Positions 39,550-50,119 of a stretch of DNA of 64,000 nt are shown here, one piece after another. The stretch's first letter is position 1; each line of letters starts with the position of its first letter. The notes beneath the pieces are model-generated. The model had not been told where the DNA came from, did not search any database, and worked only from the letters and a program-made list of their open reading frames with translations. The DNA is from Spartobacteria bacterium. GTDB taxonomy: Bacteria > Verrucomicrobiota > Verrucomicrobiia > Chthoniobacterales > UBA6821. The stretch spans positions 1,922-65,921 of the forward strand of contig CANKJN010000003.1 in the NCBI GenBank assembly GCA_947482345.1, read 5' to 3'. The translations under genes were made by a program, and so were the position numbers.

Positions 39550-41328
39550 ATGGGTTCCATCCGCCTCCTTCCTGACATCCTTGCCAGCCAGGTGGCTGCC
39601 GGCGAGGTGGTGGAGCGCCCCGCCTCCGTGGTCAAGGAACTGGTGGAGAACTCCATCGATGCCGGCGCCCGGCGCATCACCATCGAGTTTCAGCGGGGCG
39701 GTGCCCGCCTGATCCGGGTGACCGACGACGGATCCGGCATGGACCGCGCCGACGCCCTTCTCTGTCTGGAACGCCATGCCACCAGCAAGATCCGCGAGAG
39801 CGGCGATCTCGCCGCCATCACCACCCTCGGATTCCGCGGCGAGGCCGTGCCCAGCATCGCGAGTGTCTCCCGTTTCCGCCTCTCCACGCGCCGCAGGGAG
39901 GATGAGGCGGGGACGCTGATCGAGGTCACCGGTGGGAAGATCCACGGGGTGCAGGATTCCGGCGATGCTCCCGGCACCACCATCGAGGTGGCCGACCTCT
40001 TCTTCAACGTCCCCGCCCGCCGCAAATTCCTCCGGGGCGAGCAGACCGAGGCCGCGAATCTGCTGCAGCAGATCGAGATCCTGGCGGTCGCACATCCCGG
40101 TATTTCCTTCATCTGCAGGCGGGACGACCGGGAGGTCTTCCGTCTGGCCGCCACGGAGGATCTGGCCGTGCGGCTCCGCGATCTGCACGGGGAGGCATTC
40201 CTCGGAAAACTGATCAAGGTTCCTCCCCTCGAGAGCCATGGAGTGCGCGTGCATGGATGGATCGCCAGACCGGGCGAGGGGCGGAGTGACAGGACCCGGC
40301 AGATGACCTTCGTGAACGGGAGGATTATCCGGAGCCCCGTTCTCTCCCTGCCGCTCCGAGAGGCGTGCGACGGAGTCCTTGCCAAGGGGTTGCATCCCCC
40401 CGCGGTTCTCTTTTTCGAGATCGACCCGGCGGCGGTCGACTGCAACGTCCATCCCGCCAAGCGCGAGGTCCGTTTCCGGGATCCCGGAGTGATCCGAGCC
40501 GCCGCCCTGGAGGCCGCCCGCTCGGCTTGGGGTGCGGCTTCTCCCGCCGCCCCATCACTTGAGGCGATCGGCCCCGGTTCCGACCCGCTCTTCCCACCGA
40601 TCATCAATCCGTCATGGTCGCCTTCCGCCGGCTCCCATCAGCAGGAGTTTGCGGTTCAGGAACCCGACGCAGCCCGTGTCGCAGAGTCACCCACTAGGTT
40701 TTCATCCCCAACTTCCAACTTCCAACTTCCAACTCCTCCAGCGGTCCAATTTATTGGATCGCTGTGCGGCCGCTACCTCCTCTTCGAGGAGCAGGAGAGC
40801 CTCATGATCGTGGAGATCCGTGCGGCCCGGGAGAGGATCCTCTACGAGCGTTTCCTTGCACGTCTTGGTCAGGGTGAACTCGAGAGCCAGAGTCTGCTGC
40901 TTCCCGAGATCCTCGAAATGTCGGTGGCCGATCTGGCGTGGATCGACGCCCACCGCTCCATCCTCCGTGCAGCCGGACTCGTGGCCGAATCCTTCGGACA
41001 GGGAAGCCTCGGAACAGCGAGTCTCAAGGTCGATGCCATCCCCGCCGCCGCCGCGTCCCTTCCCGTCATGGAGATCGTGATCCGTCTGGTGGACGAGCTG
41101 AGGACCCTTGCCGAGACACCGACCCTTGATCTCCCGGGCCGCGAAGCCCTTGCCGCCTCCGTAAGCCGTCTTGCGGCGGCCGGAGCGAGACTTCCCTCCG
41201 GAGAGGAGGGGGGGCGGATGCTCCTGCGCGACCTGCTTGACTGCAATCATCCCTACGTCACTCCGAAGGGACGCCCCACCATGAGTCAGATGGCGCCCGG
41301 CGAACTCTCACGCCGCTTCACGGCCTGA
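39550..41328 (+). CDS. mutL: DNA mismatch repair protein MutL
   Basis: GHKL ATPase N-terminus (VVERPASVVKELVENSIDAG, TLGFRGEA) and a C-terminal dimerisation domain. Confidence 0.95.
   Translation: MGSIRLLPDILASQVAAGEVVERPASVVKELVENSIDAGARRITIEFQRGGARLIRVTDDGSGMDRADALLCLERHATSKIRESGDLAAITTLGFRGEAVPSIASVSRFRLSTRRREDEAGTLIEVTGGKIHGVQDSGDAPGTTIEVADLFFNVPARRKFLRGEQTEAANLLQQIEILAVAHPGISFICRRDDREVFRLAATEDLAVRLRDLHGEAFLGKLIKVPPLESHGVRVHGWIARPGEGRSDRTRQMTFVNGRIIRSPVLSLPLREACDGVLAKGLHPPAVLFFEIDPAAVDCNVHPAKREVRFRDPGVIRAAALEAARSAWGAASPAAPSLEAIGPGSDPLFPPIINPSWSPSAGSHQQEFAVQEPDAARVAESPTRFSSPTSNFQLPTPPAVQFIGSLCGRYLLFEEQESLMIVEIRAARERILYERFLARLGQGELESQSLLLPEILEMSVADLAWIDAHRSILRAAGLVAESFGQGSLGTASLKVDAIPAAAASLPVMEIVIRLVDELRTLAETPTLDLPGREALAASVSRLAAAGARLPSGEEGGRMLLRDLLDCNHPYVTPKGRPTMSQMAPGELSRRFTA
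40708..40735 (+). repeat. Heptanucleotide tandem repeat (CCAACTT) x3 plus a partial unit, inside the mutL linker
   Basis: Read directly as CCAACTT CCAACTT CCAACTT CCAACTC. It encodes PTSNFQLPT. Confidence 0.9.
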
Positions 41329-41433
41329 TTGCTCTGGCTGCTCTTTTCGCTCATCCATTTCTTGGAGGCCCTTCCTCCGCTTCGTCTTGGTTGCATTGCA
41401 AAATATGTGATGAAGCATCCCACCTTCAGTCTT

Positions 41434-42741
41434 TCAGATTGTTCCTTCGATCCCGGCCTGCAGGGCGGCCTGGTGGACCAGTCTGACGGGAACGCCGTAT
41501 CGGGCGGCTGCTTCGGCGCAGGAGGAGAACTCGGGTGACTGCTGGAGGATTTCCCCGCGCAGTGTGCCGACCTTGACGGCGATCTCCCCGTAGGGTGTGG
41601 ATACGCTGGAGTGATGACGCTCGAGCTTGAGACGATCCATCCTGTGGCGGCGAACGCCGAATGCCGTGGTCTCGCGAAGAATCCTCTCGGTGAGTTTGCC
41701 CGCCTTCTCCTCTTGGCAGAGGACTTCCAGGATCCAACCGGAGCGTCCCTTCTTCATGACGGTCGGGGTCAGGGTCGCGTCGAGTGCGCCTGCGGAAAGG
41801 ATCGCTTCGAGGGCATGAGAGGCATGCTCCGGGGTGAGGTCATCGAGATTGCATCGGAGTTCCACGACCTCGTCGCAGTCGGTTGACCCAGAGTCGATCG
41901 ACGCGCCGAGAATCAGGCGAAGAGCGTTGGGGCGGTTTGGTGTATGGCGTGAACCTAGCCCGTAACCGATGGCCGAAACGCTTGTTTCCTGCATCGGGCC
42001 GAAGGCGGAGGCAAACTCCGCGATCAGGGCCGCGCCGGTGGGGGTAATGTGTTCCCACGGCTCCTCGACCTGACGGAAGGGGATTCCTTGGAGCAGTGCC
42101 AGCGTGGCCGGGGCGGGGAGGGGAAAGGTTCCGTGGGCGCAATGGACATGTCCGGTTCCCTCTATCAATGCTCCGCAGGTGATCCTGTCTAGCTTCAGGT
42201 GGGCGAATCCAGCGCAGGCTGCCACGATGTCGGCAATGGAATCCTCGGCCCCGACTTCATGAAAGCCGACGGTTTCGGGAGGGACTCCATGGATGCCCCC
42301 TTCGGCAATGGCGATTCTCTGAAAAACGGAGAGGGCGTGCTGCTTGACCTCCTCGGGTAGGCGGCTCTGCCCGAGAAGGGTACGGATTTCATCATGGGTG
42401 CGGCCATGGGTGTGGGAATCCCCGTGATGATGGGAATGGCTGTGGGAATGCGAAGGGGAATGCCCATGTCCGTGCGAATGATCATGTGCATGATCGTGGG
42501 GATCATCGTGGTGGTGATGGCCGGCGGCATGGCCCTCCTCCCCGTCGTGTCCCTTCACCCGGAAGCGCCATCCCGAGATGCCGCCGCGCTCTCCCCGGAC
42601 AAACCGGCACTCAGGGAGAGTGATCGGAAGGGCGGCAAGGGCTTCCTGGAAAACCTCCTCGGGCACCCCGAGGTCGCGTAGTGCCGAAACGGTCATGTCG
42701 CCGCTGATGCCGGCGAAGGGGTCGATGTGGAGAAGTTTCAT
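41434..42741 (-). CDS. larC: Nickel-pincer cofactor biosynthesis protein LarC (DUF111)
   Basis: MKLLHIDPFAGISGDM N-terminus and an internal His-rich stretch (HHHHDDPHDHAHDHSHGHGH...). Confidence 0.85.
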   Translation of the reverse strand: MKLLHIDPFAGISGDMTVSALRDLGVPEEVFQEALAALPITLPECRFVRGERGGISGWRFRVKGHDGEEGHAAGHHHHDDPHDHAHDHSHGHGHSPSHSHSHSHHHGDSHTHGRTHDEIRTLLGQSRLPEEVKQHALSVFQRIAIAEGGIHGVPPETVGFHEVGAEDSIADIVAACAGFAHLKLDRITCGALIEGTGHVHCAHGTFPLPAPATLALLQGIPFRQVEEPWEHITPTGAALIAEFASAFGPMQETSVSAIGYGLGSRHTPNRPNALRLILGASIDSGSTDCDEVVELRCNLDDLTPEHASHALEAILSAGALDATLTPTVMKKGRSGWILEVLCQEEKAGKLTERILRETTAFGVRRHRMDRLKLERHHSSVSTPYGEIAVKVGTLRGEILQQSPEFSSCAEAAARYGVPVRLVHQAALQAGIEGTI

Positions 42742-42922
42742 GGGCAGGCGAGCGGTGTGGGGATGATTTGGAAAGAGTTTCAAAGGCGGTTCGCCAAGGC
42801 AATCACGCACGGAAGTTTTTGAAGCTCGGATCCCCCTCTCCGGGGAGTGGTAAAAAAATCTCATCTACATGTCGCCAACAGGGGTGATGTTTGTTAATTC
42901 CTCTGCTCCTATTTCAAAGAAA

Positions 42923-44899
42923 ATGTCCCAACCCGCCTCCGGATCCATCACCCTGCAGAACTCCGTGCTCTACAATGTGGAGGGATGGTCGGAAGGCTAT
43001 GTGTGCATCAACGGTGCGGGACACGCCGTGATCCGACCCCGACGGAAGGAGGGGGAGGAGATCGATCTGATGGAACTGGTCGATGAGGCCAGGGAACGCG
43101 GGCTCCGTTTTCCCCTGCTCATACGCAGCCACGACCTGCTTCGTGACCGCGTCCGCAGACTCAACGAATCCTTCGCCCGCGCGATCTCGGAATGCGGCTA
43201 CAGGAACCAGTACCGCGGCGTCTTCCCGATCAAGGTGAACCAGCTCTGCGAGGTCGTGGAGGAGATCGTCGACGCGGGGCTTCCCTACCATTTCGGCATC
43301 GAGGCCGGCAGCAAGCCGGAGATGATCGCCGCCCTCGCCGTCCATTCCGATCCCGAGAGTCTCGTCGTGGGCAACGGCTACAAGGATGACGAGTTCATCC
43401 GTGCCGCCCTGCTCGGGTTGAAGCTCGGCAAGAAGGTGATTCTTGTCGTCGAGAAGCTGGAGGAGTTCCACCAGATCCTGGCCGTCGCCAAGCAGGTGGG
43501 GGTCCAGCCGATGATCGGCGCCCGTGTCCGTCTCCTCTCCAAGGGAGCAGGCAAGTGGGCGACAAGCGGCGGTGAGAATGCCAAGTTCGGTCTCTCGACC
43601 GCCGACCTGGTCTCCATGAGCGACACGCTCCACGCCGAGGGGATTCCCGATGCCCTTGTCCTGCTCCATTACCATGTCGGATCCCAGGTTCCCGACATCC
43701 AGACGATCAGCCGGGCCACGCGCGAGGCGGCGCGCTTCTACGCGAAGCTCCGCAAGATGGGCCACGCCCTCGGCTATCTCGACGTGGGGGGCGGTCTCGG
43801 CGTCGACTACGACGGATCGCGCACGAGCTTCGACAGCTCGCGCAACTACTCCCTGCACGAGTACACCCGCGACATCGTCTACAACATCATGGAGATCTGC
43901 GACTCCGAGCAGGTCGAGCATCCCGTGATCGTCAGCGAGAGCGGCCGCTTCATCGTGGCCCCGCACTCGGTGCTGATCATCGAGGCCTTCGGATCGATCG
44001 AGAAGGAAGCCCAGTCCGATGATGTCTCCTCCTCGCCCGAGGATCCGAAACTCGTGGCCGACATGATCGAGATCAGGGCGGGCCTGAGCGAGAAGCGCCG
44101 TCTGGAGAATCTCCACGATGCCCAGCAGATCCGCGACCGGGCGCAGTCGATGTTCGACCTCGGCCTGCTCGATCTGCGCGCCAAGGCCAAGATCGACACG
44201 CTCTACTGGCACATCGCCGCCCGCATGGTCCAGATGCACCGCGGAATGGCGCAGGTTCCCGAGGAGGTGCGCGAACTCGAAGTCGCACTTGCCGACCAGT
44301 TGCTCTGCAATTTTTCGGTCTTCCAGTCGCTCCTCGACCACTGGGCTCTCGGTCAGCTCTTCCCGGTGATGCCGATTCACCGCCTCGACGAGGTGCCGGA
44401 ACGTAGCGGAACCCTTGTCGACATCACCTGCGACTCCGACGGCAAGATGGCGAAGTTCATCGACTTCCAGGATGTGAAGGAGACCCTTCCCGTCCATCGT
44501 GTCCGCCAGGGCGAGCCCTACTACCTCGGCATCTTCCTCTCGGGTGCCTATCAGGACATCATGGGGGACCTTCATAATCTCTTTGGCCGCGTGAACGAGA
44601 TGCATGTCTTCCTCGATGAGGATGAGGAGGCCGGCTACTACATCGAGGAGGTGCTTCCCGGAAACACCATCGACCAGGTCCTGACCCTTACCCAGTGGGA
44701 CACGAAGGAACTCGCGCGCCGCATCAAGTCCCAGGCCGATGCCGCCCTCAAGGGAGACCGTCTCAAGCCGAACGAGGCGATGCGCCTGGTGGACGAGTAC
44801 GAGAAGATGTTCCAGTCCTACACCTACCTTGATTTCAATGCCCGCCGTCCGAACGGTGCGGTCACAGTCCCCACCAAGCACCCCTCCAATAAGTCATGA
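42923..44899 (+). CDS. speA: Biosynthetic arginine decarboxylase
   Basis: Full-length SpeA-like sequence (YRGVFPIKVNQ PLP-lysine region, GYLDVGGGLGVDYDG). Start chosen at MSQPAS. Confidence 0.9.
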   Translation: MSQPASGSITLQNSVLYNVEGWSEGYVCINGAGHAVIRPRRKEGEEIDLMELVDEARERGLRFPLLIRSHDLLRDRVRRLNESFARAISECGYRNQYRGVFPIKVNQLCEVVEEIVDAGLPYHFGIEAGSKPEMIAALAVHSDPESLVVGNGYKDDEFIRAALLGLKLGKKVILVVEKLEEFHQILAVAKQVGVQPMIGARVRLLSKGAGKWATSGGENAKFGLSTADLVSMSDTLHAEGIPDALVLLHYHVGSQVPDIQTISRATREAARFYAKLRKMGHALGYLDVGGGLGVDYDGSRTSFDSSRNYSLHEYTRDIVYNIMEICDSEQVEHPVIVSESGRFIVAPHSVLIIEAFGSIEKEAQSDDVSSSPEDPKLVADMIEIRAGLSEKRRLENLHDAQQIRDRAQSMFDLGLLDLRAKAKIDTLYWHIAARMVQMHRGMAQVPEEVRELEVALADQLLCNFSVFQSLLDHWALGQLFPVMPIHRLDEVPERSGTLVDITCDSDGKMAKFIDFQDVKETLPVHRVRQGEPYYLGIFLSGAYQDIMGDLHNLFGRVNEMHVFLDEDEEAGYYIEEVLPGNTIDQVLTLTQWDTKELARRIKSQADAALKGDRLKPNEAMRLVDEYEKMFQSYTYLDFNARRPNGAVTVPTKHPSNKS

Positions 44900-46005
44900 G
44901 CGATCCGGCATCCCTGAAACACACTCCGCTGGAATCCGCCCATGTGACCTGCGGTGCCCGCATGGTCGAGTTCGGCGGCTGGTTCATGCCGGTCCAGTAT
45001 TCCGGCATCATGGACGAGCACAAGGCGGTGCGCTCCGCCTCGGGAATGTTCGACATCTCCCACATGGGTGAGGTGACCGTGGAGGGGCCGGGTGCCCTTG
45101 CATGGCTCGAGAGCCTGCTCACCAACCGCGTCGGCAAGCTGGCTGTCACGCGCGGCCAATACACCCTGATGCTCGATGCGAAGGGGGGCGTGATCGACGA
45201 CCTCATCATCTATCGCAACGGCGAGATGTCCTATTTTCTGGTTATCAACGGTGCCTGCCGCGATCTCGATCTGGAGTGGATGCGCTCCCGCCTCCCCGCC
45301 GACGGCTCGGTGGTGCTGAAGGATCAGGGGGATGATTATGCGGCGATCGCGCTTCAGGGGCCCGATTCCGAAAAGATCCTCAGGTCACTCTATCCTGCCT
45401 GCGAGGTGCCCAAGCGCAACGGGATCGCCCCCCTGACCTCATCGGCCGCAGCTGTTTCCCCGCTGGTTGCCCGCACGGGATACACAGGTGAGGATGGCTT
45501 CGAGCTTTTTGTCCCCGTGGCTGATGGCATTGCCCTCTGGGAGAGTCTGCTGGCCGCCGGTGTGAAGCCGTGCGGGCTCGGTTCCCGCGACACCCTCAGG
45601 CTCGAGATGGGGTATCCGCTCAACGGCTCCGACCTCTCGAGCGAACGGACCCCCCTGGAAGCCGGTCTCGACAGGTTCACGGGCCTGGATGACCCTGAGA
45701 AGGGTGATTTTTCCGGTCGCCCGGCGCTTGAGCAGCAGCGCACGGCGGGACTTCCGTCACGGCTTACCCCGCTGAAACTGACCGTCTCCGGCCCCCCGAT
45801 GCGCTCCCATTATGCGGTGTTCGCGGGTGATTCGCAGATCGGTGAGACCTGCAGCGGCGCCCTCTCCCCAAGCCTGGGGGAGGGGATCGCGATGGCCTAC
45901 CTGCCACCCGCCTTCTCGGCACCCGGAACGGCCGTGGAAATTGAGGTGCGTGGCCGCCGTTACGCCGCTACGATCACGACTTTTCCGTTTTACAAGAAAC
46001 CCTGA
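44896..46005 (+). CDS. gcvT: Glycine cleavage system aminomethyltransferase T
   Basis: GcvT motifs (MVEFGGWFMPVQY, FDISHMG). 4-nt overlap with speA. Confidence 0.95.
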   Translation: MSDPASLKHTPLESAHVTCGARMVEFGGWFMPVQYSGIMDEHKAVRSASGMFDISHMGEVTVEGPGALAWLESLLTNRVGKLAVTRGQYTLMLDAKGGVIDDLIIYRNGEMSYFLVINGACRDLDLEWMRSRLPADGSVVLKDQGDDYAAIALQGPDSEKILRSLYPACEVPKRNGIAPLTSSAAAVSPLVARTGYTGEDGFELFVPVADGIALWESLLAAGVKPCGLGSRDTLRLEMGYPLNGSDLSSERTPLEAGLDRFTGLDDPEKGDFSGRPALEQQRTAGLPSRLTPLKLTVSGPPMRSHYAVFAGDSQIGETCSGALSPSLGEGIAMAYLPPAFSAPGTAVEIEVRGRRYAATITTFPFYKKP

Positions 46006-46042
46006 ATCCACCCTTCTCAACCGACTCAATCCTACCATCACC

Positions 46043-46420
46043 ATGAACGTTCCCGCCGATCTCCGCTACGCAAAGACCCACGAATGGATCCGGGTCGAGG
46101 GTGACACCGTGACCGTCGGGATCACCGACCATGCCCAGACCGAACTCACCGACATTGTCTATGCCGAGCCTCCCAAGGTCGGCGCCGAGGTGAAGGCCGG
46201 AGCCACCGCCGCCGTTGTAGAGTCGGTCAAGGCCGCCAGCGACATCTACTCCCCGCTCAGCGGAACGGTGACCGAGGTGAATTCTGAACTTTCCGCCAAT
46301 CCCGCCCTGCTTAACACCGATCCCTTCGGTCAGGGGTGGATCTACAGGATGGAGGCCTCCAGTCCCGCCGAAGTGGAGGCGCTTCTCACTCCCGAAGCCT
46401 ACACCGCCCAGATCTCCTGA
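46043..46420 (+). CDS. gcvH: Glycine cleavage system H protein
   Basis: [13 protein letters not shown]...[16 protein letters not shown] (lipoyl-lysine motif). ATG at 46043. Confidence 0.95.
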   Translation: MNVPADLRYAKTHEWIRVEGDTVTVGITDHAQTELTDIVYAEPPKVGAEVKAGATAAVVESVKAASDIYSPLSGTVTEVNSELSANPALLNTDPFGQGWIYRMEASSPAEVEALLTPEAYTAQIS

Positions 46421-49290
46421 TGAGCGCGGCTTCGGGACTCAATGATCTTGACGAAGTTTTCCGTATCGGGCGCTTCACACGCCGTCATCTCGGTTCCGAG
46501 AACGAGGGCATCGGAGCGATGCTCTCCACGCTGGGATGCTCCTCACTGGAGGATCTGATCGCAAAGACCGTCCCCCCCGGGATCCGTCTCAAGCGCCCGC
46601 TTGATCTGCCCGCGGCCCTCTCCGAGGAGGAGGCCCTGGCCGAACTTCAGGGGATCGCATCGCAGAACGAGAATCGCCCCACCTACATCGGCATGGGGTA
46701 TCACGGAACGCATCTCCCGGCCGTGATCCGCAGGAACATCCTCGAGAATCCCGGTTGGTACACGGCCTACACCCCCTATCAGGCGGAGATCTCCCAGGGA
46801 CGCATGGAGGCCCTGGTCAATTTCCAGACCATGGTCTGCGACCTGACCGGGATGGCGATCGCGAATGCCTCGATGCTCGACGAGGCCACGGCCGCCGCCG
46901 AGGCGATGGCCATGTGCCACGACCTCAAGGGGCAGGGGGGCGCCTCCCGCTTCTTTGTCTCCGAGGGGTGCCATCCCCAGACCATCTCCCTGCTGCGGAC
47001 CCGCACGGAGCCCATGGACATTGAGCTGATCGTCGGCGGCATCCACGACGTTCCCAATGCCGGCCTCTGCGGCGGCATCGTGCAGTACCCCGCCACGGAC
47101 GGGACGATTTCCGATCCTAAGCCCCTGATCGACGCGATCCATGCCGCGGGCGGTCTTGCCGTGGTCGCAAGCGACCCTCTTGCCCTGGTCCTGCTCAAGG
47201 CCCCCGGAGAGTTCGGTGCCGACATCGTTGTCGGATCGACCCAGCGCTTCGGAGTCCCGATGGGATACGGTGGCCCTCACGCGGCCTACCTCGCCGTGCG
47301 CGACGAGTTCAAGCGCCGCCTGCCCGGACGCCTGGTCGGGATCTCCCGAGACGCCGACGGCAACCCCGCATACCGCCTCACGCTCCAGACCCGGGAGCAG
47401 CACATCCGCCGCGAGAAGGCGACAAGCAACATCTGCACCGCCCAGGTCCTCCTCGCCGTCATCGCCTCGATGTACGCCGTCTATCACGGCCCCAAGGGAC
47501 TGCGCGAGATCGCCGAGAAGGTCCATCTTCAGGCGCTCAAGCTTGCGGCCTCGCTGGCCAAGGCGGGATGGGAGGTTTCCAAGGGCCCATTCTTCGACAC
47601 AGTCCGCGTCACGATGACCCCGGCCGAGTCGGCATCCCTCCGTTCCCGCGCTGAGCATGCCGGCATCAATCTCCGCTACCTCGGCGAGACTGCCGTGACC
47701 GTTTCCCTCGACGAGACCACCGCGTCGGTCGACCACCTTGCCGATCTCTTCGGCACCGGTCCGGGGAATGCCGTCAACGACGCGCTCGCCTGGCAGACGC
47801 CTGATGCCCTGCGCCGCTCCACTCCGATCCTCACCCATCCGGTCTTCAACTCCTACCACACCGAGACCGAAATGCTGCGTTACCTGCGCCGCCTTGAGGC
47901 CAAGGATCTCTCCCTGACCACCTCCATGATCCCGCTCGGATCATGCACGATGAAGCTCAACTCGACCTCCGAGATGCTCCCCGTCACTTGGGAAAAGATC
48001 GGGGGACTTCACCCCTTCGTGCCGGTCTCCCAGGCCAAGGGGTACGCCGTCATGTTCCGCCAGCTTGAGCAGTGGCTCTCGGAGGTAACCGGATTCCATG
48101 CCGTATCCCTCCAGCCCAATGCCGGCTCCCAGGGAGAGTATGCGGGGCTTCTCGTGATCCGCGCCTACCACAGGTCGCGCGGCGACCAGCACAGGAACGT
48201 CTGCCTGATCCCCACCTCCGCCCACGGTACCAATCCCGCGAGCGCCGCGATGGTCGGCATGGAAATCGTCGGTGTCGCCTGCGACAACGAGGGGAACGTC
48301 GATGTCGCGGACCTGAAGGAGAAGATCGCCGCGCACCGCGACCGTCTCGCCGCGCTCATGGTGACCTATCCCTCGACCCACGGCGTCTTCGAGTCACGCA
48401 TCAAGGAGATCTGCGCGATGATCCACGAGGCCGGAGGACAGGTCTACATGGACGGGGCCAACATGAATGCCCAGGTGGGTCTTTGCAGTCCCGGCGACAT
48501 CGGGGCCGATGTCTGCCACCTCAATCTTCACAAGACTTTCTGCATCCCTCACGGCGGCGGTGGTCCCGGCGTGGGCCCGATCGGTGTCGCCGGGCATCTC
48601 GCCCCTTTCCTTCCCGGACACTCCGTCATCCCGACCGGCGGATCGCAAGCCGTGACCGAGGTGAGCGCCGCCCCCTGGGGAAGCGCCAGCATCCTGGTCA
48701 TCAGCTGGATGTATCTGCGCATGATGGGGCCGGATGGTCTCGCCATGGCCAGTGCCCTTTCGATCCTCAACGGCAACTACATCGCCAAGCGTCTCGAACC
48801 CTTCTTCCCCGTCCTCTACAAGGGTGAGAACGGCACCGTCGCCCACGAGTGCATCCTCGATTTCCGCGAGTGGAAGGCCCGCGCCGGAGTCGAGGTCGAG
48901 GACATCGCCAAGCGCCTCATGGATTTCGGCTTCCATGCCCCCACCATGAGTTGGCCCGTCCCCGGTACCCTCATGGTCGAGCCGACCGAGAGTGAGTCCA
49001 AGGAGGAACTCGACCGCTTCTGCGACGCCATGATCGTGATCCACGGCGAGCTCACCGCCATCGAGAAGGGGGAACTAGACCGCGCCGACAACCCACTCAA
49101 GCGCGCACCCCATACCGCCGCTACCGTCACCTCCGACGAATGGAACAGGCCCTATTCACGCCAGCAGGCCGCCTATCCGGCCCCCTGGCTCAGGAACCAC
49201 AAGTTTTGGCCGAGCGTTTCGCGCGTGGATAATGTCTACGGAGATCGGAATATCTTCTGCTCCTGCCTCCCTGTTCAGGGAGGGGGCTAG
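46420..49290 (+). CDS. gcvP: Glycine dehydrogenase (decarboxylating), single-chain P protein
   Basis: About 956 aa of full-length GcvP similarity, including the PLP site region [18 protein letters not shown]. The start overlaps the gcvH stop (TGATG). Confidence 0.95.
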   Translation: MSAASGLNDLDEVFRIGRFTRRHLGSENEGIGAMLSTLGCSSLEDLIAKTVPPGIRLKRPLDLPAALSEEEALAELQGIASQNENRPTYIGMGYHGTHLPAVIRRNILENPGWYTAYTPYQAEISQGRMEALVNFQTMVCDLTGMAIANASMLDEATAAAEAMAMCHDLKGQGGASRFFVSEGCHPQTISLLRTRTEPMDIELIVGGIHDVPNAGLCGGIVQYPATDGTISDPKPLIDAIHAAGGLAVVASDPLALVLLKAPGEFGADIVVGSTQRFGVPMGYGGPHAAYLAVRDEFKRRLPGRLVGISRDADGNPAYRLTLQTREQHIRREKATSNICTAQVLLAVIASMYAVYHGPKGLREIAEKVHLQALKLAASLAKAGWEVSKGPFFDTVRVTMTPAESASLRSRAEHAGINLRYLGETAVTVSLDETTASVDHLADLFGTGPGNAVNDALAWQTPDALRRSTPILTHPVFNSYHTETEMLRYLRRLEAKDLSLTTSMIPLGSCTMKLNSTSEMLPVTWEKIGGLHPFVPVSQAKGYAVMFRQLEQWLSEVTGFHAVSLQPNAGSQGEYAGLLVIRAYHRSRGDQHRNVCLIPTSAHGTNPASAAMVGMEIVGVACDNEGNVDVADLKEKIAAHRDRLAALMVTYPSTHGVFESRIKEICAMIHEAGGQVYMDGANMNAQVGLCSPGDIGADVCHLNLHKTFCIPHGGGGPGVGPIGVAGHLAPFLPGHSVIPTGGSQAVTEVSAAPWGSASILVISWMYLRMMGPDGLAMASALSILNGNYIAKRLEPFFPVLYKGENGTVAHECILDFREWKARAGVEVEDIAKRLMDFGFHAPTMSWPVPGTLMVEPTESESKEELDRFCDAMIVIHGELTAIEKGELDRADNPLKRAPHTAATVTSDEWNRPYSRQQAAYPAPWLRNHKFWPSVSRVDNVYGDRNIFCSCLPVQGGG

Positions 49291-49367
49291 GTCCTTTGAG
49301 TTCTAGCGTCGTTGCCCTGCGCTTGCAGTAGTTCACTACAGCTGCGCTTGGGCGCCTAGCTATCTCC

Positions 49368-49402
49368 TCAAAATACCGTCGCCCCTTCAGCAAAACGACG
49401 GC
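49368..49402 (-). terminator. Possible terminator downstream of the DUF202 gene
   Basis: On the minus strand: CCGTCG, a 14-nt loop, CGACGG, then TATTTTG. Confidence 0.35.
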
Positions 49403-49433
49403 CAATGTCCCCAGTCACCGTGATTTTCTTCGA

Positions 49434-49805
49434 TCAGAAGAGAATCTTGCTGACGTAGAGGAGGACGAAACTCGCCAAGAGTATGAAGATCGCCCCAGTG
49501 AGCAGGACGCTGCGGATTCCATAGGTTTCCTGGGTTTCGCTCTTGATGAGTCGCGTCGTCGTAGTGAAACGCCACGTTGAGAGGATCATGATGAGCAGAC
49601 CCAAAGCGACGAGGACGATCCCCGCCTCCCTGCCCAGCGGAGATGTCATCTGGAATTTTCCATCTGTCATGGATCGTGCAAAGGCCCTGACCACGAGATC
49701 AAAGCGTTCGAGGAGGAATCCGAAGGCGATCAGTGCCAGCGATGTGCGCATCCATGCGAGATAGGTACGCTCATTGGCTGCGAGGTCGTTGTAGCGTGGA
49801 ATCAT
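49434..49805 (-). CDS. YidH/DUF202-family membrane protein
   Basis: LAANERTYLAWMRTSLALIAFGF motif and three TM segments. Confidence 0.75.
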   Translation of the reverse strand: MIPRYNDLAANERTYLAWMRTSLALIAFGFLLERFDLVVRAFARSMTDGKFQMTSPLGREAGIVLVALGLLIMILSTWRFTTTTRLIKSETQETYGIRSVLLTGAIFILLASFVLLYVSKILF

Positions 49806-50119
49806 ATTTTCTCAGTGATAGTTCCCGACATCTATCCTGTCGATACCCGGCGGGTTGATTCTTGCACGCCTGACGCGCCATCAAGACTTCCACGCAATCG
49901 GTCGCTCCTCACTGTAGTGAGGAGGATCTAAGCGAAAGCGCTAGGGCTATTCCCTGTCGCGGCTGAGAAGGTGGGATTAGAGCTAGTTTATGGAAGCGGA
50001 CGTTCTGCAGGAAGGAGTTACGAAAACCGTCGATGAGTTCGGCAGCGGTTCCCTCGAGGAATATTCGAATACTCCCCAAACGAATAATGAATAGCGAACA
50101 ACGAATAAGGAATGAAGCC

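Noticed and set aside
44800-44900. Glycine riboswitch upstream of gcvT.
   Set aside because: gcvT overlaps the speA stop by 4 nt, so there is no leader. The gcv genes appear to be co-transcribed with speA.
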